The notes under the pieces: generated by a model
Told to the model about the DNA's origin: nothing
Seen by the model: the letters and a program-made list of their open reading frames with translations, nothing else
Databases searched by the model: none
Translations under genes and position numbers: made by a program
From: a virus
IMG/VR virus record: IMGVR_UViG_3300037246_000452
Coordinates: 1 to 64,000 of that record
Reading direction: 5' to 3' (one strand)
DNA: 64,000 nt
Shown here: positions 17,170 to 28,163 of the stretch, in pieces
Layout: each line of letters begins with the position of its first letter
Numbering within the stretch: the first letter of the stretch is position 1

Positions 17170-18363
17170 CTACACCTCTTTACCTTTCTTGTAAACCTTT
17201 TTCTTATTCCTCGCCTTGATTGTCGTTATGGGTGTGAGCTTTATATCTGCACTCACCAAATCAATCTGATTCGCCATTACTTCGTCAATATTCTTATAGG
17301 CGCCCACCGCTTCCCCCATATGATGTTGCTCAAGGTCATCATGAAGTATACCCATTTTCACTAGATATGTGCTCTCTGCTTCTAGGTCAAGTATGTTTGC
17401 GCTCTCAGTCGTTGATCTCTTCCTACCTGCTCCATGGGAACATGATTGGAACGACTTAAGATTACCTTGGCCTTTGCCTATATAACTGGCTGTTCCATAA
17501 GAACCGGGGATAATACACATGTCATTGAACCTTGCTCGTATTGCACCCTTCCTATGCACCCATAAGTTCTGACCTTCATGATTTTCAAGAGCAGCAAAGT
17601 TATGGTGGCAATCTATATCTTGCTCGAACCCTATATCAGGATGAAGCTCTCTTAGTGCCTTTTGCATTTCACGCATTATGAGTCTCCTGTTTAACTTCGC
17701 ATACTTTAGGCAGAAGATCATATCCTTGATATAGTATGCCGCTTCTTCCGTGTCTGTAGGAAGAAATGCAAGATCATGCTTCTCAGGTACTTGGCTTCGC
17801 CAACGTCGATTCAATCTCTTGGCTATCTCGTTGTAATAATCGCAGACCCTCTTACCTAAGTTCCTGCTTCCTGTATGGAGAAGAAACCAGTAGTTGTCTC
17901 CATCCGTACAAAGTTCCATGAAGTGATTACCACTCCCCACTGTTCCTAACTGTAATGCTGCTTTCACCCTCAAGCCCTCTACAAACATAGTGGCCTCCGG
18001 TAACTGTAACCCCTGCACTAACGGTTCATTACGGCTTGCGGTTCCTACCGGCACCCGTAGCTTTACTCGCCTTACCCAATCCCAAATCTCAGCTTTTGTC
18101 AAGTCATGCGACAAGATGATTTTACAGGCTCTAACTCCACAACCTATGTCACTGCCTACTGCGACAGGTGAGATTGCCCCTTGTGCTGCCCAAACCCCAC
18201 CAATAGGCATACCATACCCCGGCTGTAAATCAGCCATTGCAGCAGGGCCACGAAACGTAAAGGGGTGGTTCGCTAGATTTCTTAATTGCTCCAAAGCTCT
18301 CTCTTGATAGTCCTCAGTCCAAAGGAATATAGGTTTAGGTTCGGTGGTTACTACTTGCTTCAT
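17170..18363 (-). CDS. rtcB: RtcB RNA ligase
   Basis: GMPIGG, VGSDIGCG, GSGNHF, HTGSR, CHHN, HRKGA, SHGAGR motifs. Confidence 0.95.
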   Translation of the reverse strand: MKQVVTTEPKPIFLWTEDYQERALEQLRNLANHPFTFRGPAAMADLQPGYGMPIGGVWAAQGAISPVAVGSDIGCGVRACKIILSHDLTKAEIWDWVRRVKLRVPVGTASRNEPLVQGLQLPEATMFVEGLRVKAALQLGTVGSGNHFMELCTDGDNYWFLLHTGSRNLGKRVCDYYNEIAKRLNRRWRSQVPEKHDLAFLPTDTEEAAYYIKDMIFCLKYAKLNRRLIMREMQKALRELHPDIGFEQDIDCHHNFAALENHEGQNLWVHRKGAIRARFNDMCIIPGSYGTASYIGKGQGNLKSFQSCSHGAGRKRSTTESANILDLEAESTYLVKMGILHDDLEQHHMGEAVGAYKNIDEVMANQIDLVSADIKLTPITTIKARNKKKVYKKGKEV

Positions 18364-18372
18364 ACTCCCTCC

Positions 18373-18807
18373 TTAATACTCGTCTGAATGTCTAATTCTA
18401 TGGCAACAAGCATATACTAAATCACACTTATCAGCTTCTCGCCCTAATGCTACTATACTTCTTTCCATCAGCAAACCACTTATCCCAAATAATTTGGCCT
18501 TCGGGTCTCGATGGTGAAAGTCAAATATGCAAGCATTTATTCCGGTATATAATGCTCCACAATCAAGGCAAACACCCCCTTTGTAAACTACTAATTTACC
18601 TTTACGTACTTGTCTTTGAATCCTACGTTTATTGGTTCTGGTAGTTCTGTTCTTATCTGCCCATGCCTTTTTATGCCCCATAGGGGTGCGGTACTTCCTA
18701 CCATTATGCCCTGAAATATACTTCCTATAACGGTAATGGCAATCCTGCTCATATAATTTTTGGCCACAGCCACAGGCGCATTTTATAATTGCACCTTTAC
18801 CATTCAC
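18373..18807 (-). CDS. HNH endonuclease
   Basis: CACGCG N-term; GGVCLDCG, FDFHHRDP, KCDLVYACCH. Confidence 0.75.
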   Translation of the reverse strand: MNGKGAIIKCACGCGQKLYEQDCHYRYRKYISGHNGRKYRTPMGHKKAWADKNRTTRTNKRRIQRQVRKGKLVVYKGGVCLDCGALYTGINACIFDFHHRDPKAKLFGISGLLMERSIVALGREADKCDLVYACCHRIRHSDEY

Positions 18808-19310
18808 TTTCCACCCCTCCCTATGTTGGTTGGTAGTACTGACATCTTCGCCTCTATCTGTTCCTGTGTTTCATCAAAGGCTGTACATCCTAATCCTAGA
18901 AAGTACTCTTGATTTTGATTAATGAAATTAATTGCACTGATCTCAAAGTCTAATGCCTTAAGTCTTAATCCTACAGCTTTGGCCTCCATAGCAATTAGCT
19001 TATTCTGTAGTCGTCTCCTTTCTTTCTCTTCTACCTGCCAGTGTAATGTAGCACTTACCCATAACCCTGTCATAACCAAAGCCATAACTATAAAAAACCA
19101 TGTCCAACCCTCTCCTTCTTTAAGCTTCATGCGTTTGCCCCCCACCCATAATAATGGAAGTGTCCCATCTTAATGGCCTCGAAAGCATCCTGTTCCGTGA
19201 GTTTCGATATGAAGAACTTACCAGATTCAAGCTCATCAGCAATCAATGCTCCTGCCATTTCCCTAGCTGCAATAGCTGTGTGAATATCTTGCAATGCTAC
19301 CAATCTTAGG

Positions 19311-19457
19311 TTACTCAAAATAAGCTCCTTCTTCCATTCTTGAGAGTTCAACTTTATCAACCATCATATCTGGGTCGAAGTCCTCAACCTCTACTCCGGT
19401 TGTTACCTCTGAAATCATTCCCATTACTTCTTTGTCTAACTCTTCTGATATAAACAT
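19311..19457 (-). CDS. unannotated 48-aa highly acidic protein
   Basis: ATG 19457 after GGAGG and promoter; MFISEELDKEVMGMISEVTTGVEVEDFDPDMMVDKVELSRMEEGAYFE. Confidence 0.65.
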   Translation of the reverse strand: MFISEELDKEVMGMISEVTTGVEVEDFDPDMMVDKVELSRMEEGAYFE

Positions 19458-19499
19458 ATTGCCCTCCATGGCGTTTTGTTTTATTTAATTTATAAAGAT

Positions 19500-19528
19500 A
19501 TTTTAACAAATTAAAAAAGTTATGTCAA
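19500..19528 (-). promoter_or_regulatory. sigma70-type promoter
   Basis: TTGACA-N17-TAAAAT. Confidence 0.7.
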
Positions 19529-21147
19529 GTTTATTATTACTTTTCGTACTTTTTATTTATCATACTGGTGAGATACGTTGACAGATGATCGCTCCTATCA
19601 TGGCAATTATATCCTTGCTGCCTTAGGGTATCCGCCACCTTAGGGTAATGCTCAAAGCCCTCCTCCTTAGAGTTGATGGTTTTGAGTGTATCCCTTACAA
19701 TCTTTGGAATCTTAAGTATCACTCATCAAGCCATACTACTGAATCAATACAGGTCATCTTACCCTTAACCTTTGACATCCCCTTTCCGGTAAACTCTATC
19801 TCAATGATACCGTTATACCTATGAGTATGGCATACTGCTTCCTCATCGTTGTACAGGCATTGCTTCCCCACCATACTTACAAAACCTTCTGGTGCTTCTG
19901 CCCCCGGGAGAATGGTTTTAACATCCGCACTTGGTACAACCTCTTTCTTTCGCTTGAGGTTCTGCTTCACCTTGAGCTTAGCCATATCAACCTTACCTTT
20001 AATCCGTGCTGCCGTATCCTTAGGTGCTTCGTCCTTTGGTACGTCCTTATCTTTCTTCTTGAATATAATGCCCATCCGATTCACCCTCCTTGGTTAAAGT
20101 TTATGTCCAGCCCTGTGATTTGAGGAAATTACAAAGCTGCATGGTTTCATCATAAAGCTTATGATCTGAATTCCTATCCCCCAAATGTTTTAGCAGCCAG
20201 TTCGCATTTCTGGTCTTGCCTATAGGAATATCCAACTTTGCAGTTAATTGCACCAGTTTACTTTCCGCTTCCTTCCGTACCATTAGTACCTCCACATTTA
20301 CATTCACAGTTTATAGTATCGTACCCTGCATTCTTTTGTTCATCGAGATAGTCACTTAAGATTTGTAAGTTCCAGACAATCATAAATCCTAGACTCATGA
20401 GCAAGGCCCACGTTACCCCAGCATTAACCTTCTTTTTCATCCTTATCCTCCTTGGCATTACTTGCAGCCTCAGTCCATTCATCTACAGTCTCTTCTGCAA
20501 TTATAACAAGAGGGTGGAAGTTAATGCCATCAAAGTTTTTAAAGATGAGATACTTTATAGCATCTTCCTTGGTGGCTGGCAAGATAAAAGTACATTTCAT
20601 ATGTACCACCATGGTATCACCTGCTGCCACCTCAATCTTGGCCGGCTTAACTGCGTATATCCCTCGTATGATCGTGGTTATAAATTTCAAGTACTGGTCC
20701 TGCGTCATTTCTGCTTCCATTAATCCCCCCACACCATTTTATAAATTTTATAGCAACTGTTACATAAATACACATGATGCCCGTGTACCATAATCTGTGA
20801 TCTATAATACTGCTTGTACGATGTCGTGTTCCCTATCGTTTCGTACCCTTTCTTAGGTTTCCATAGTGCACTAGGTTCCTTGATCGTCACCTCCAGCGTT
20901 GGCTTGTCTGGATAGTTCGTATGGATATGACATAAGCAGTTACTATTGTGGCAAAAGAAATGCTTCGAGTACTTCCCACCCCATTCATTTACATGCCTCA
21001 TACTCGTACAAGCAGGGCAGAATCTATATAGTACTTCTTTCTGTAATTCCTCAATCCATACATGCGTGGTCTTCAATTGTATTAAATGCTTATGCGTCCC
21101 TTTCAGGTTGTGGTATTCACATTCTTTATTATCACACCCCTTATGTT

Positions 21148-22113
21148 TCATGCCCATGTTTCACCTTTATTACTTTCATGATCTCCGGTGTGGCCATGCT
21201 GTTTTATACACTGTTCCTTTGAGCCATCCTTATTTACGATTGCATACTTACATTTATAGGGCATCACCCCTTCCGGTTCTTGGGGCCATACACCTACATC
21301 ATGATCATCAGTGCCCTTACTACAGGCTACATGATCTCCTGAGTGTCCTTTGGGTAATGAACAATAACACGATATCCCAGTGGAGGAGGGAGCGTTACAC
21401 CATTCTGATTTATCATCATCCTTATAAGGTAAACACTTATCCCCGCATTTATGAATACTCTGAGTCCATTGGTGCAGCACCGTCCCTTTATGGTCTACAG
21501 CCATATGGTCTCCTTCATGTTCTACAGGAAGAGTACAGACAAATAGCCCCTTGTCTGCTAAGCATTTACTAATCTTTATAGGAGAAAACTCATTCTTCCA
21601 TGTCCCTAAACAATCCCCATGCATCGTATACTCCTTGTGATGCCCGGTGTGCCCGTAGTGTAAGGTGTAGCTATTCATACCATTCATATGATTACAACTA
21701 TCAGCAGTAGGATTGGTAAAAGCTGAATTAGCAGGTTTCTCATATATACTTATAGGCCACGTAAACTGGTTATCATCAATAGGGTGGTGTCCTGTATGCT
21801 TCCCGCCATGACCTTCTGTAAGATAGCAGATCGTACCATTCATGTGGTTCTCCCCACAGTTAGCAGGGAACTTCTTAAGCTTCTCTTTAGCCTCATTCTC
21901 CAGTGCCCTTGCCAATTCCATCAGCCCTATAGGAGTGAACTGACATTTGATTGACCCGAGTACGTATCCTAAGCCTTCAACTACTCCCGCCCCGTGTTGT
22001 ATCGTCTCAGCCAAATCATTCAGTACACAGGTTAAATGACCTACTTGTTTAACCGTCAGGAGCTTTAGCAAATCATTGTATACCTTATCCAACTCCAAGT
22101 TCGGATGCGTCAT
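21148..22113 (-). CDS. His/Cys-repeat (putative multi zinc-finger) protein
   Basis: Five repeats resembling C-x-L-x3-H-x-G-x-H. Confidence 0.7.
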   Translation of the reverse strand: MTHPNLELDKVYNDLLKLLTVKQVGHLTCVLNDLAETIQHGAGVVEGLGYVLGSIKCQFTPIGLMELARALENEAKEKLKKFPANCGENHMNGTICYLTEGHGGKHTGHHPIDDNQFTWPISIYEKPANSAFTNPTADSCNHMNGMNSYTLHYGHTGHHKEYTMHGDCLGTWKNEFSPIKISKCLADKGLFVCTLPVEHEGDHMAVDHKGTVLHQWTQSIHKCGDKCLPYKDDDKSEWCNAPSSTGISCYCSLPKGHSGDHVACSKGTDDHDVGVWPQEPEGVMPYKCKYAIVNKDGSKEQCIKQHGHTGDHESNKGETWA

Positions 22114-22644
22114 GGCCTTAGCCTTACTGGTGGGGTGTGTATCCTATTAGGATGTTCTTTTACATGTCTATGGTAACTCTCCCAGCGTTCCTTGTTTTTA
22201 GTCCACACTGTCAGTCGTCTTGCATACTTCTCCCACATTGAACGGTGGACTGGTCTGTTCATCCATTTAGAGAAATGGTGCCCATAGCACCTATCCCAAA
22301 ACCATAAGATATATTTCCAGTCGTTTGTTCCTGTCTTTGTTATAACCACTGCTGGCGGTACGCAGCCATGCAGCTTCTTTGCTAACATTCCTTTTATGCT
22401 GATCTTCTCATCTAAGGTTATAAGCCTCATTTGCTGATACCCATTGTCTTGAGTTTATTCTTAGCTCGTTTCACACAATCAAAGCAGATGAATACGTCCC
22501 CGGCTTTACCCTCCTGCCCTTCGACAAGACCCCCGGCTACACGCCCCACCTTTACCTTTTCTAATTCTTCTTTGGTTCTTTCACAAAAGCTACATCCTAC
22601 TTCTGACATCACTGCCCTCCTTGGCCTGTTTTGATTATACCGTT

Positions 22645-22673
22645 ATAATACCAGATGTTTTGTGGTTTGTCAA
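22645..22673 (-). promoter_or_regulatory. sigma70-type promoter
   Basis: TTGACA-N17-TATTAT. Confidence 0.7.
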
Positions 22674-23544
22674 GTTATTAAATCAAGTGCCTTGAAGTAC
22701 TGATCTGTTGCATTCTGGACTATCCGGGCGTGGTCCATTTCCCCCTCGAAAGTTTATCAAGTACTGTCCTCAGTTCATTCCTGATTATCTGTAATTTGCT
22801 GTGCGATTCAACAGTCTTCTCAAATCTCCGAAGTACCCGTATAGCCTTTCTGGCTCCATCATCAAATACTGAGCAGTTATCCATTGAACCTATATCCACT
22901 TGCATTTCAACATCGTCTGGAGTCCTCTCTTTAAGATACACCTCAGCCATCGCCCACTTAAATCCCTCGGCATACTCCCTATCATACCCTGCCGCCTTTC
23001 TTGCCTCTCTCCATTTCTTATCAAATATCATACCCTTCCTCCTTTGCAATTAATTTCAAACAAATACGTATTCTATAGCAGAATGAACTACAAACACACA
23101 AGGTACTCCTCGGTACTTGCTGGAGTAATACCTAACATGGTAGTCATTCTTTATTGTCAGGCCACTATTCTTGTACATAGGAAACAATGTAGCCAGTTCC
23201 TGCGTGTCTATATGGCTTAGGAAAGTTGTGTACTTAATCTCTCTAGCCAACTCTATCATTTCAGAGATATCCTCACCTTTTGCTTGTACACAATTAATCA
23301 GATATGTCTTCATCTTCTTCCTCCGCACCCTCTATTTTAGCTCTGTAGGCCTGATCTGCTTTTTCTTCTTCATCCTCCTGATCAGTAACACAGATTTCAC
23401 CTTCATTATAACCTTCAATAATACAGTGAGCTATGTGCTCTCGGTCACAATCGTCGATTTCAACATTTACGTTTAACTTCCACCAGCCTCTTTCCTTTGC
23501 CATCTTGGCCTCCTTGCCTTTGATGTTTTTTAATTGATATAAAC

Positions 23545-23573
23545 ATTATATTAAATTATAAGCAGTTTGTCAA
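23545..23573 (-). promoter_or_regulatory. consensus sigma70 promoter
   Basis: TTGACA-N17-TATAAT. Confidence 0.85.
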
Positions 23574-23849
23574 GAGAATAATTCATACCCATCGGTCAGG
23601 CCGAAGTCATCATCCTGACTTAGTACTACCTCCATATACCTTAAGAGCTTGTCTTTCCATCCCTTAGGGTTCTCAAGCTCGTACAACTTTATGTTGAGGT
23701 GATCAAAAGCTTGTCCTATAGCTGCGTTCCGGGCGTCCTCCTTGGCTGCTAAGATATGGGCTAGATTACCGAATTCTAGTATACTTTTCTTCGTTTTCTT
23801 CTTACGTTTAATAGCCATACCTACTCCTTGCAGTTAATTGCAAACTACC

Positions 23850-24233
23850 TCAGTGTCCTGTTAAATTGAAGCCTTTTAATCCGGGACTTCTTATTACCCT
23901 CTTTTTAAAATGTGGGTCATCTGGTACTTCCAATCCGTACTTGACCCCAAGATGTTTGTACTCATGGAGCATACACACCTCAGGCCATGGACCATAACAA
24001 TGCAACTCATTAGTTGAACCATTGAAAAAGCCTCCATACTCACCCCTCTTTTTCTTCTTAGATTTACTACCCCTCCTCTTAGCCCACACCTGCTCATACG
24101 CATTCTCCATTTCAACCTTAGTGGCATGGAGTACAATAGTATGTGCCCGTACATCTATACGTTGGGGCTTATAAGCATGATGGACACAGCCGGTCATAGT
24201 ACCTACTAGTAGGATAACTGCTAACTTCTTCAT
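23850..24233 (-). CDS. putative lipoprotein with HExxH motif
   Basis: MKKLAVILLVGTMTG-C lipobox-like signal; LHEYKH. Confidence 0.55.
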   Translation of the reverse strand: MKKLAVILLVGTMTGCVHHAYKPQRIDVRAHTIVLHATKVEMENAYEQVWAKRRGSKSKKKKRGEYGGFFNGSTNELHCYGPWPEVCMLHEYKHLGVKYGLEVPDDPHFKKRVIRSPGLKGFNLTGH

Positions 24234-24273
24234 CCCGAAACGGTAGCATACCCACCCCCTATTATCAACTACT

Positions 24274-26840
24274 TTATAGTAATGACTTAACAAATTCTAC
24301 TGCCCCCTTACCATAGTGAGTCTCCACATACTCTTGCATTGATACCTGCTTCCGGTCATCATAACCCACTCTTTTCAACCATTCTTCAAATTTAAAAATA
24401 TCAAGCTTATATCCCCCGGCTACCGTTGTGGTCGCCCCACACATAAATTGGTGTGCATGCTGATTAAAATGAAACATCATACCCTTATCTACTTCTTTCA
24501 CAGTAGATACTCTTTTAGGTTTTACTATCGTAGCCTCCCTCATAGGGTTGCAGATGCCCTGTTCTTTTATCAGCTTCCCGATCAATTCCTGAAGACCCTG
24601 CTTATGTTTTCTTAGCTTCTCCGTTGCAAGTCCTGTTACTCCCGCCACCGTGCTCCCAAATGCAATGGCGCAGCCGGACCTGTATTCCGATATTGTCCAG
24701 CTATTCCTTGACCCATGCCTGAAGCATAAAATCCCGTCCAACTGGAATGCGTAGCCTTCTACTTCCATCAACTCGTGACTGGGGTTCTGCCTTATATTAA
24801 ACTTTTGCTTTTTCTTGGTTGCCATAGCTTCTCTCTTGTCCTCCTCCGTTTTAACCATTCAGTTATTATAGGATAGTTCTCCACCGTGCCGGCTTGTACA
24901 TTTACTGCCTCATGATATCCTATGCTAAACATATCTACTATGGCTCTTACCTCACATGCCCACGTACTGCAGTCATCTTCATCAGGTGAGTTTACCCACT
25001 CTTCCCATTCAGCCAACGTCCATGACTTACCTTTAAAATAATGGCCTTTACATGCATGACAAAATAAATGGGTCTCCCTCTTATCCCCGAGGGCAAAGGA
25101 GAAATCAGCAATGTGCTGGTAGTCGCAACAATCGAAGCCTATAGCCTGTGCCTTCTTATCTTTACTATTCCCGTTACGTTCAAACCATTTCAGGCAACCG
25201 AAGTCACTCATTACTTCACCTTCAGGTTATGAAGATCAGGCGCCCAATACCACACACCATCAATCTCGATATTCCTGCCCTTGACATCGGTAACTGTTCC
25301 TTCATCCTCAAAGTAGGTTCCCCTCTTAGGGTCTCTTGCACATTCCCAAACAATCGTCTTACCTACCGCCTTACTTAACTTTAACTTCTTACTCATTTTT
25401 GGCCTCCATGCCTTTGTTATTTTACTTTACCAACTCTACAAAAGTTCTGTTATAGCAAGATGCTTCTTTTGCAGCATAGGCTTTTTGCAGGTTACTTATA
25501 AAAGAATTTATCGTTTTGGGCTTTCTGTTTACTTTTGAATTCCAACTCGCCCCTACTTCCAAAGTATAACCGAAGTACTGTATAAGTTCTTCCAATGTTC
25601 CTTTTACTTCTTTTTCTCTCCTGCCGGATACTTGGACTGTATGTACTTTTGATGTTGTCATCTTGGCCTCCTGCCGTTTGTTTTGTTTATTTATTAATTG
25701 TTTATACGTAAGTATACCTTTTTATAAGTGGTTTGTCAAGGATTAATTGCAGTTAATTGCAATTTATTTCTTGTTGGTGTAATAGTCTCCTGTCTTACGG
25801 TTCATCAAGATTGCCTGATGATATTTCTTAATACGCCTTGCTGCATTCTCCAGCATGTGTGATGGAAAGAAGAACTGCTTATGTCCTTTACTATAGTCTG
25901 GGTAGGGTTCCTTAATATCAAGTCTTATATTCCATCTATACCCATACCTCTTCCTCTCGGGATGATCACCTATCCTACACATCCCAATCCTCGGGTCCGT
26001 AAAGCCCATATAACAGCTACTATTGTTCGTCTGTTTATGTACGTATGTTTCTATCCCTAAGTCCCTCAGATGCTCCCTGAGTCGCTTCATGTGTGCTAAT
26101 GGTGTCATGGTGCCTGTAGCTTCCTGATCTCTACTGCAAGGTCATGTAAGAAGTCCCTCTCTGCTTGTACAAACGGGATGCAGCACTCTCCCACCTTATC
26201 ATAAGGGGTTTGCATAACTCCATGCTTATTCTCTTGATGTAGTACCCAATCCTTGTAAGGTGTTCCGCCACACCATTGCCGGCCAGTCTTAATTTTTACA
26301 GGGCAATACTTACAGGAATACTGTCTCTGAGCTCCCCTAGCATAATGTTGTATCGTGAACTGTATACATAGAGGGCAGTTAGCTACTCCATTATCCTCAC
26401 CCTCTCCTTCTAGTATCTTATCCCATTTACCTACGGACTCATCCAGTATCCCCAATACTGCCTGTGATGTATCTATTAGGCTTTCGGGCCTGTACCCTTC
26501 ATTTTCCACACTTACCTCCACATTTGCACTTAGGTTCAATCGATATCGTTATGTCCTTTTCATGGATGTGGAGCCGACAACCTGCATACACTTTATGCTT
26601 GTGCCAGAATTTCCGTGCCCCCAATTCTTTCAACTCTGCCTTGAAGGATTCCTTGGTAGGCCACTCCTTATTTGTGCCTATGTTGGCCTGTTTTATGGCA
26701 TTAATGCATGCTCCTATTGCGGCCATGTGGGATAAGGTCACAACCAGTATATGAGCCATACCACTGTGCTCCCCTGTTTGCAGTACTACAAATGCCTTCT
26801 TATTTTTCATCTTTTCTCCCCTGAGTTTTAAGGTCTTCAA
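24274..26840 (-). other. cluster of accessory hypothetical genes
   Basis: ORFs 24274, 24792, 25211, 25422, 25764, 26105, 26499. Confidence 0.6.
25711..25761 (-). promoter_or_regulatory. sigma70 promoter with 14-bp palindrome just upstream of -35
   Basis: TTGACA(25734-39)-N17-TATACT; TGCAGTTAATTGCA at 25748-25761. Confidence 0.8.
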
Positions 26841-26960
26841 TAACCTCGTTAATCTCTTGCGTCATACTTTGTATCTCTTCTTCTTTCTCTCCCTCGGTGA
26901 GGAAACGATACATCGGACTATCGAAATACCTTCTTATGGTATCCTCCACATTCTTTGGCA

Positions 26961-27305
26961 TTATGCTACTATCCTCCCCGCTGCCTTGGCTGTTTCAGTA
27001 TATTCTGCCATGGTCTTATCTAAAGTTATGTACATATCCCTTTCAATAGGTAATCCGAAAGGTGGGAATCTTATTGCCTCAAGTTCTACCCTCGATACAT
27101 ATCCAATTTCCGCACAGCCTTGCCCCAAATCACATAGGCCAAAGAAGTTTCCTTCTTCTGGGTAGTACTCACTTAGCAACCATGTACATGCCCCGCCCCC
27201 AAACAATTTGATTACTGGTTTAAGGTGTGAGCCGTCCCCTTTCTCCCCGGCTTCAATACCGTTTTTAACAAGTTTCTTTTCTTGTGCTACTGTCATGATT
27301 TTCAT
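26961..27305 (-). CDS. DUF2958-like protein
   Basis: PVIKLF..G.CTWLLSE, FGLCDLGQG.AEIGYVS, GLPIERD. Confidence 0.75.
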   Translation of the reverse strand: MKIMTVAQEKKLVKNGIEAGEKGDGSHLKPVIKLFGGGACTWLLSEYYPEEGNFFGLCDLGQGCAEIGYVSRVELEAIRFPPFGLPIERDMYITLDKTMAEYTETAKAAGRIVA

Positions 27306-27326
27306 ATTGGCCTCCGGGGCTTTTGC

Positions 27327-27605
27327 TTACTTTCTAAAATGAAGGTCTGCCCAAGAATTACCGGACATGTCTACTTCCTCATTTAGTAATACCATATCAC
27401 TCTCGGGAACACAAACTGAACCGCCCCCTTCACAAAGTATGTTATACCATATTTCTGATTTAGTGGATTCCGGTAATGGTGGCCTCTGCTCCTTAAACCA
27501 TACATCACCTTCGGAGAAACAAGCCTCTTTTTTGAATACTTTGCCTACATGTGAATGCCTCTTTGTTGCTACTGAATCTCCGTGAAAGAATTTTCCGTTG
27601 TCCAT
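27327..27605 (-). CDS. hypothetical protein
   Basis: Start moved to ATG 27605 after GGAGG hairpin and promoter. Confidence 0.6.
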   Translation of the reverse strand: MDNGKFFHGDSVATKRHSHVGKVFKKEACFSEGDVWFKEQRPPLPESTKSEIWYNILCEGGGSVCVPESDMVLLNEEVDMSGNSWADLHFRK

Positions 27606-27656
27606 GTCGCCCTCCGTGGCTTTGTTTATTTGTTTTTGTTGATTGTTTATAATGTA

Positions 27657-27685
27657 ATTATATATGATTGAAAAGGGTTTGTCAA
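27657..27685 (-). promoter_or_regulatory. consensus sigma70 promoter
   Basis: TTGACA-N17-TATAAT. Confidence 0.85.
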
Positions 27686-27699
27686 GTAAATAATGCAAT

Positions 27700-27732
27700 A
27701 AAAAAGCCCCTTCCATTACAGAGGGGGCTTTT
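27700..27732 (-). terminator. intrinsic (possibly bidirectional) terminator
   Basis: AAAAGCCCCCTC-loop-GAAGGGGCTTTTTT on minus strand. Confidence 0.8.
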
Positions 27733-27762
27733 AGTGTTCGTGCAGTTAATTGCAATCGCTAC

Positions 27763-28137
27763 TTAACACCTCGGTACTATTCGGGGGGCGTCTTTGGCGA
27801 TTTGCAATGTCATCTCATCATCTTCTTCGGCTGATAGCTCTTTGGTGGGTTGGTATCGGGTATCATAATGATCTTGTTCCACCGTAAAAGTTACAGCCGC
27901 CATAATCATAACGACTTCATCATCTTCTTCCACTGCTCCTGCTATCCTATACTCGGTGGGGTCTGCTGCCATGATAAACTCATGGCCCCCAATCGGCACA
28001 TCTGCAAGTTCCCCACTTATTGAGAAGCCCGATGCCGGACCTCCCTCTGATGCAATTACTGGACTGCACCATATCAGTAGGGACAGTAGACATAGCATTA
28101 TTGCTAAACCTCCTGCTTTCCAATTTCTATGCTTCAT
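27763..28137 (-). CDS. putative secreted acidic protein
   Basis: Signal peptide MKHRNWKAGGLAIMLCLLSLLIWCSPVIA; acidic mature part. Confidence 0.6.
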   Translation of the reverse strand: MKHRNWKAGGLAIMLCLLSLLIWCSPVIASEGGPASGFSISGELADVPIGGHEFIMAADPTEYRIAGAVEEDDEVVMIMAAVTFTVEQDHYDTRYQPTKELSAEEDDEMTLQIAKDAPRIVPRC

Positions 28138-28163
28138 TCTTTACCTCCTTCTTTGTCTAGGGT

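Larger units (their letters stand above)
18804..21157 (-). other. cluster of small accessory hypothetical genes (some membrane-anchored)
   Basis: Tightly packed minus-strand ORFs 18804, 19127, 19537, 19719, 20101, 20258, 20424, 20720 with SDs/overlaps. Confidence 0.6.
22110..23818 (-). other. cluster of small accessory hypothetical genes
   Basis: ORFs 22110, 22427 (ClpX-type C4 zinc finger CSFC...ICFDC), 22720, 23056, 23294, 23570. Confidence 0.6.
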
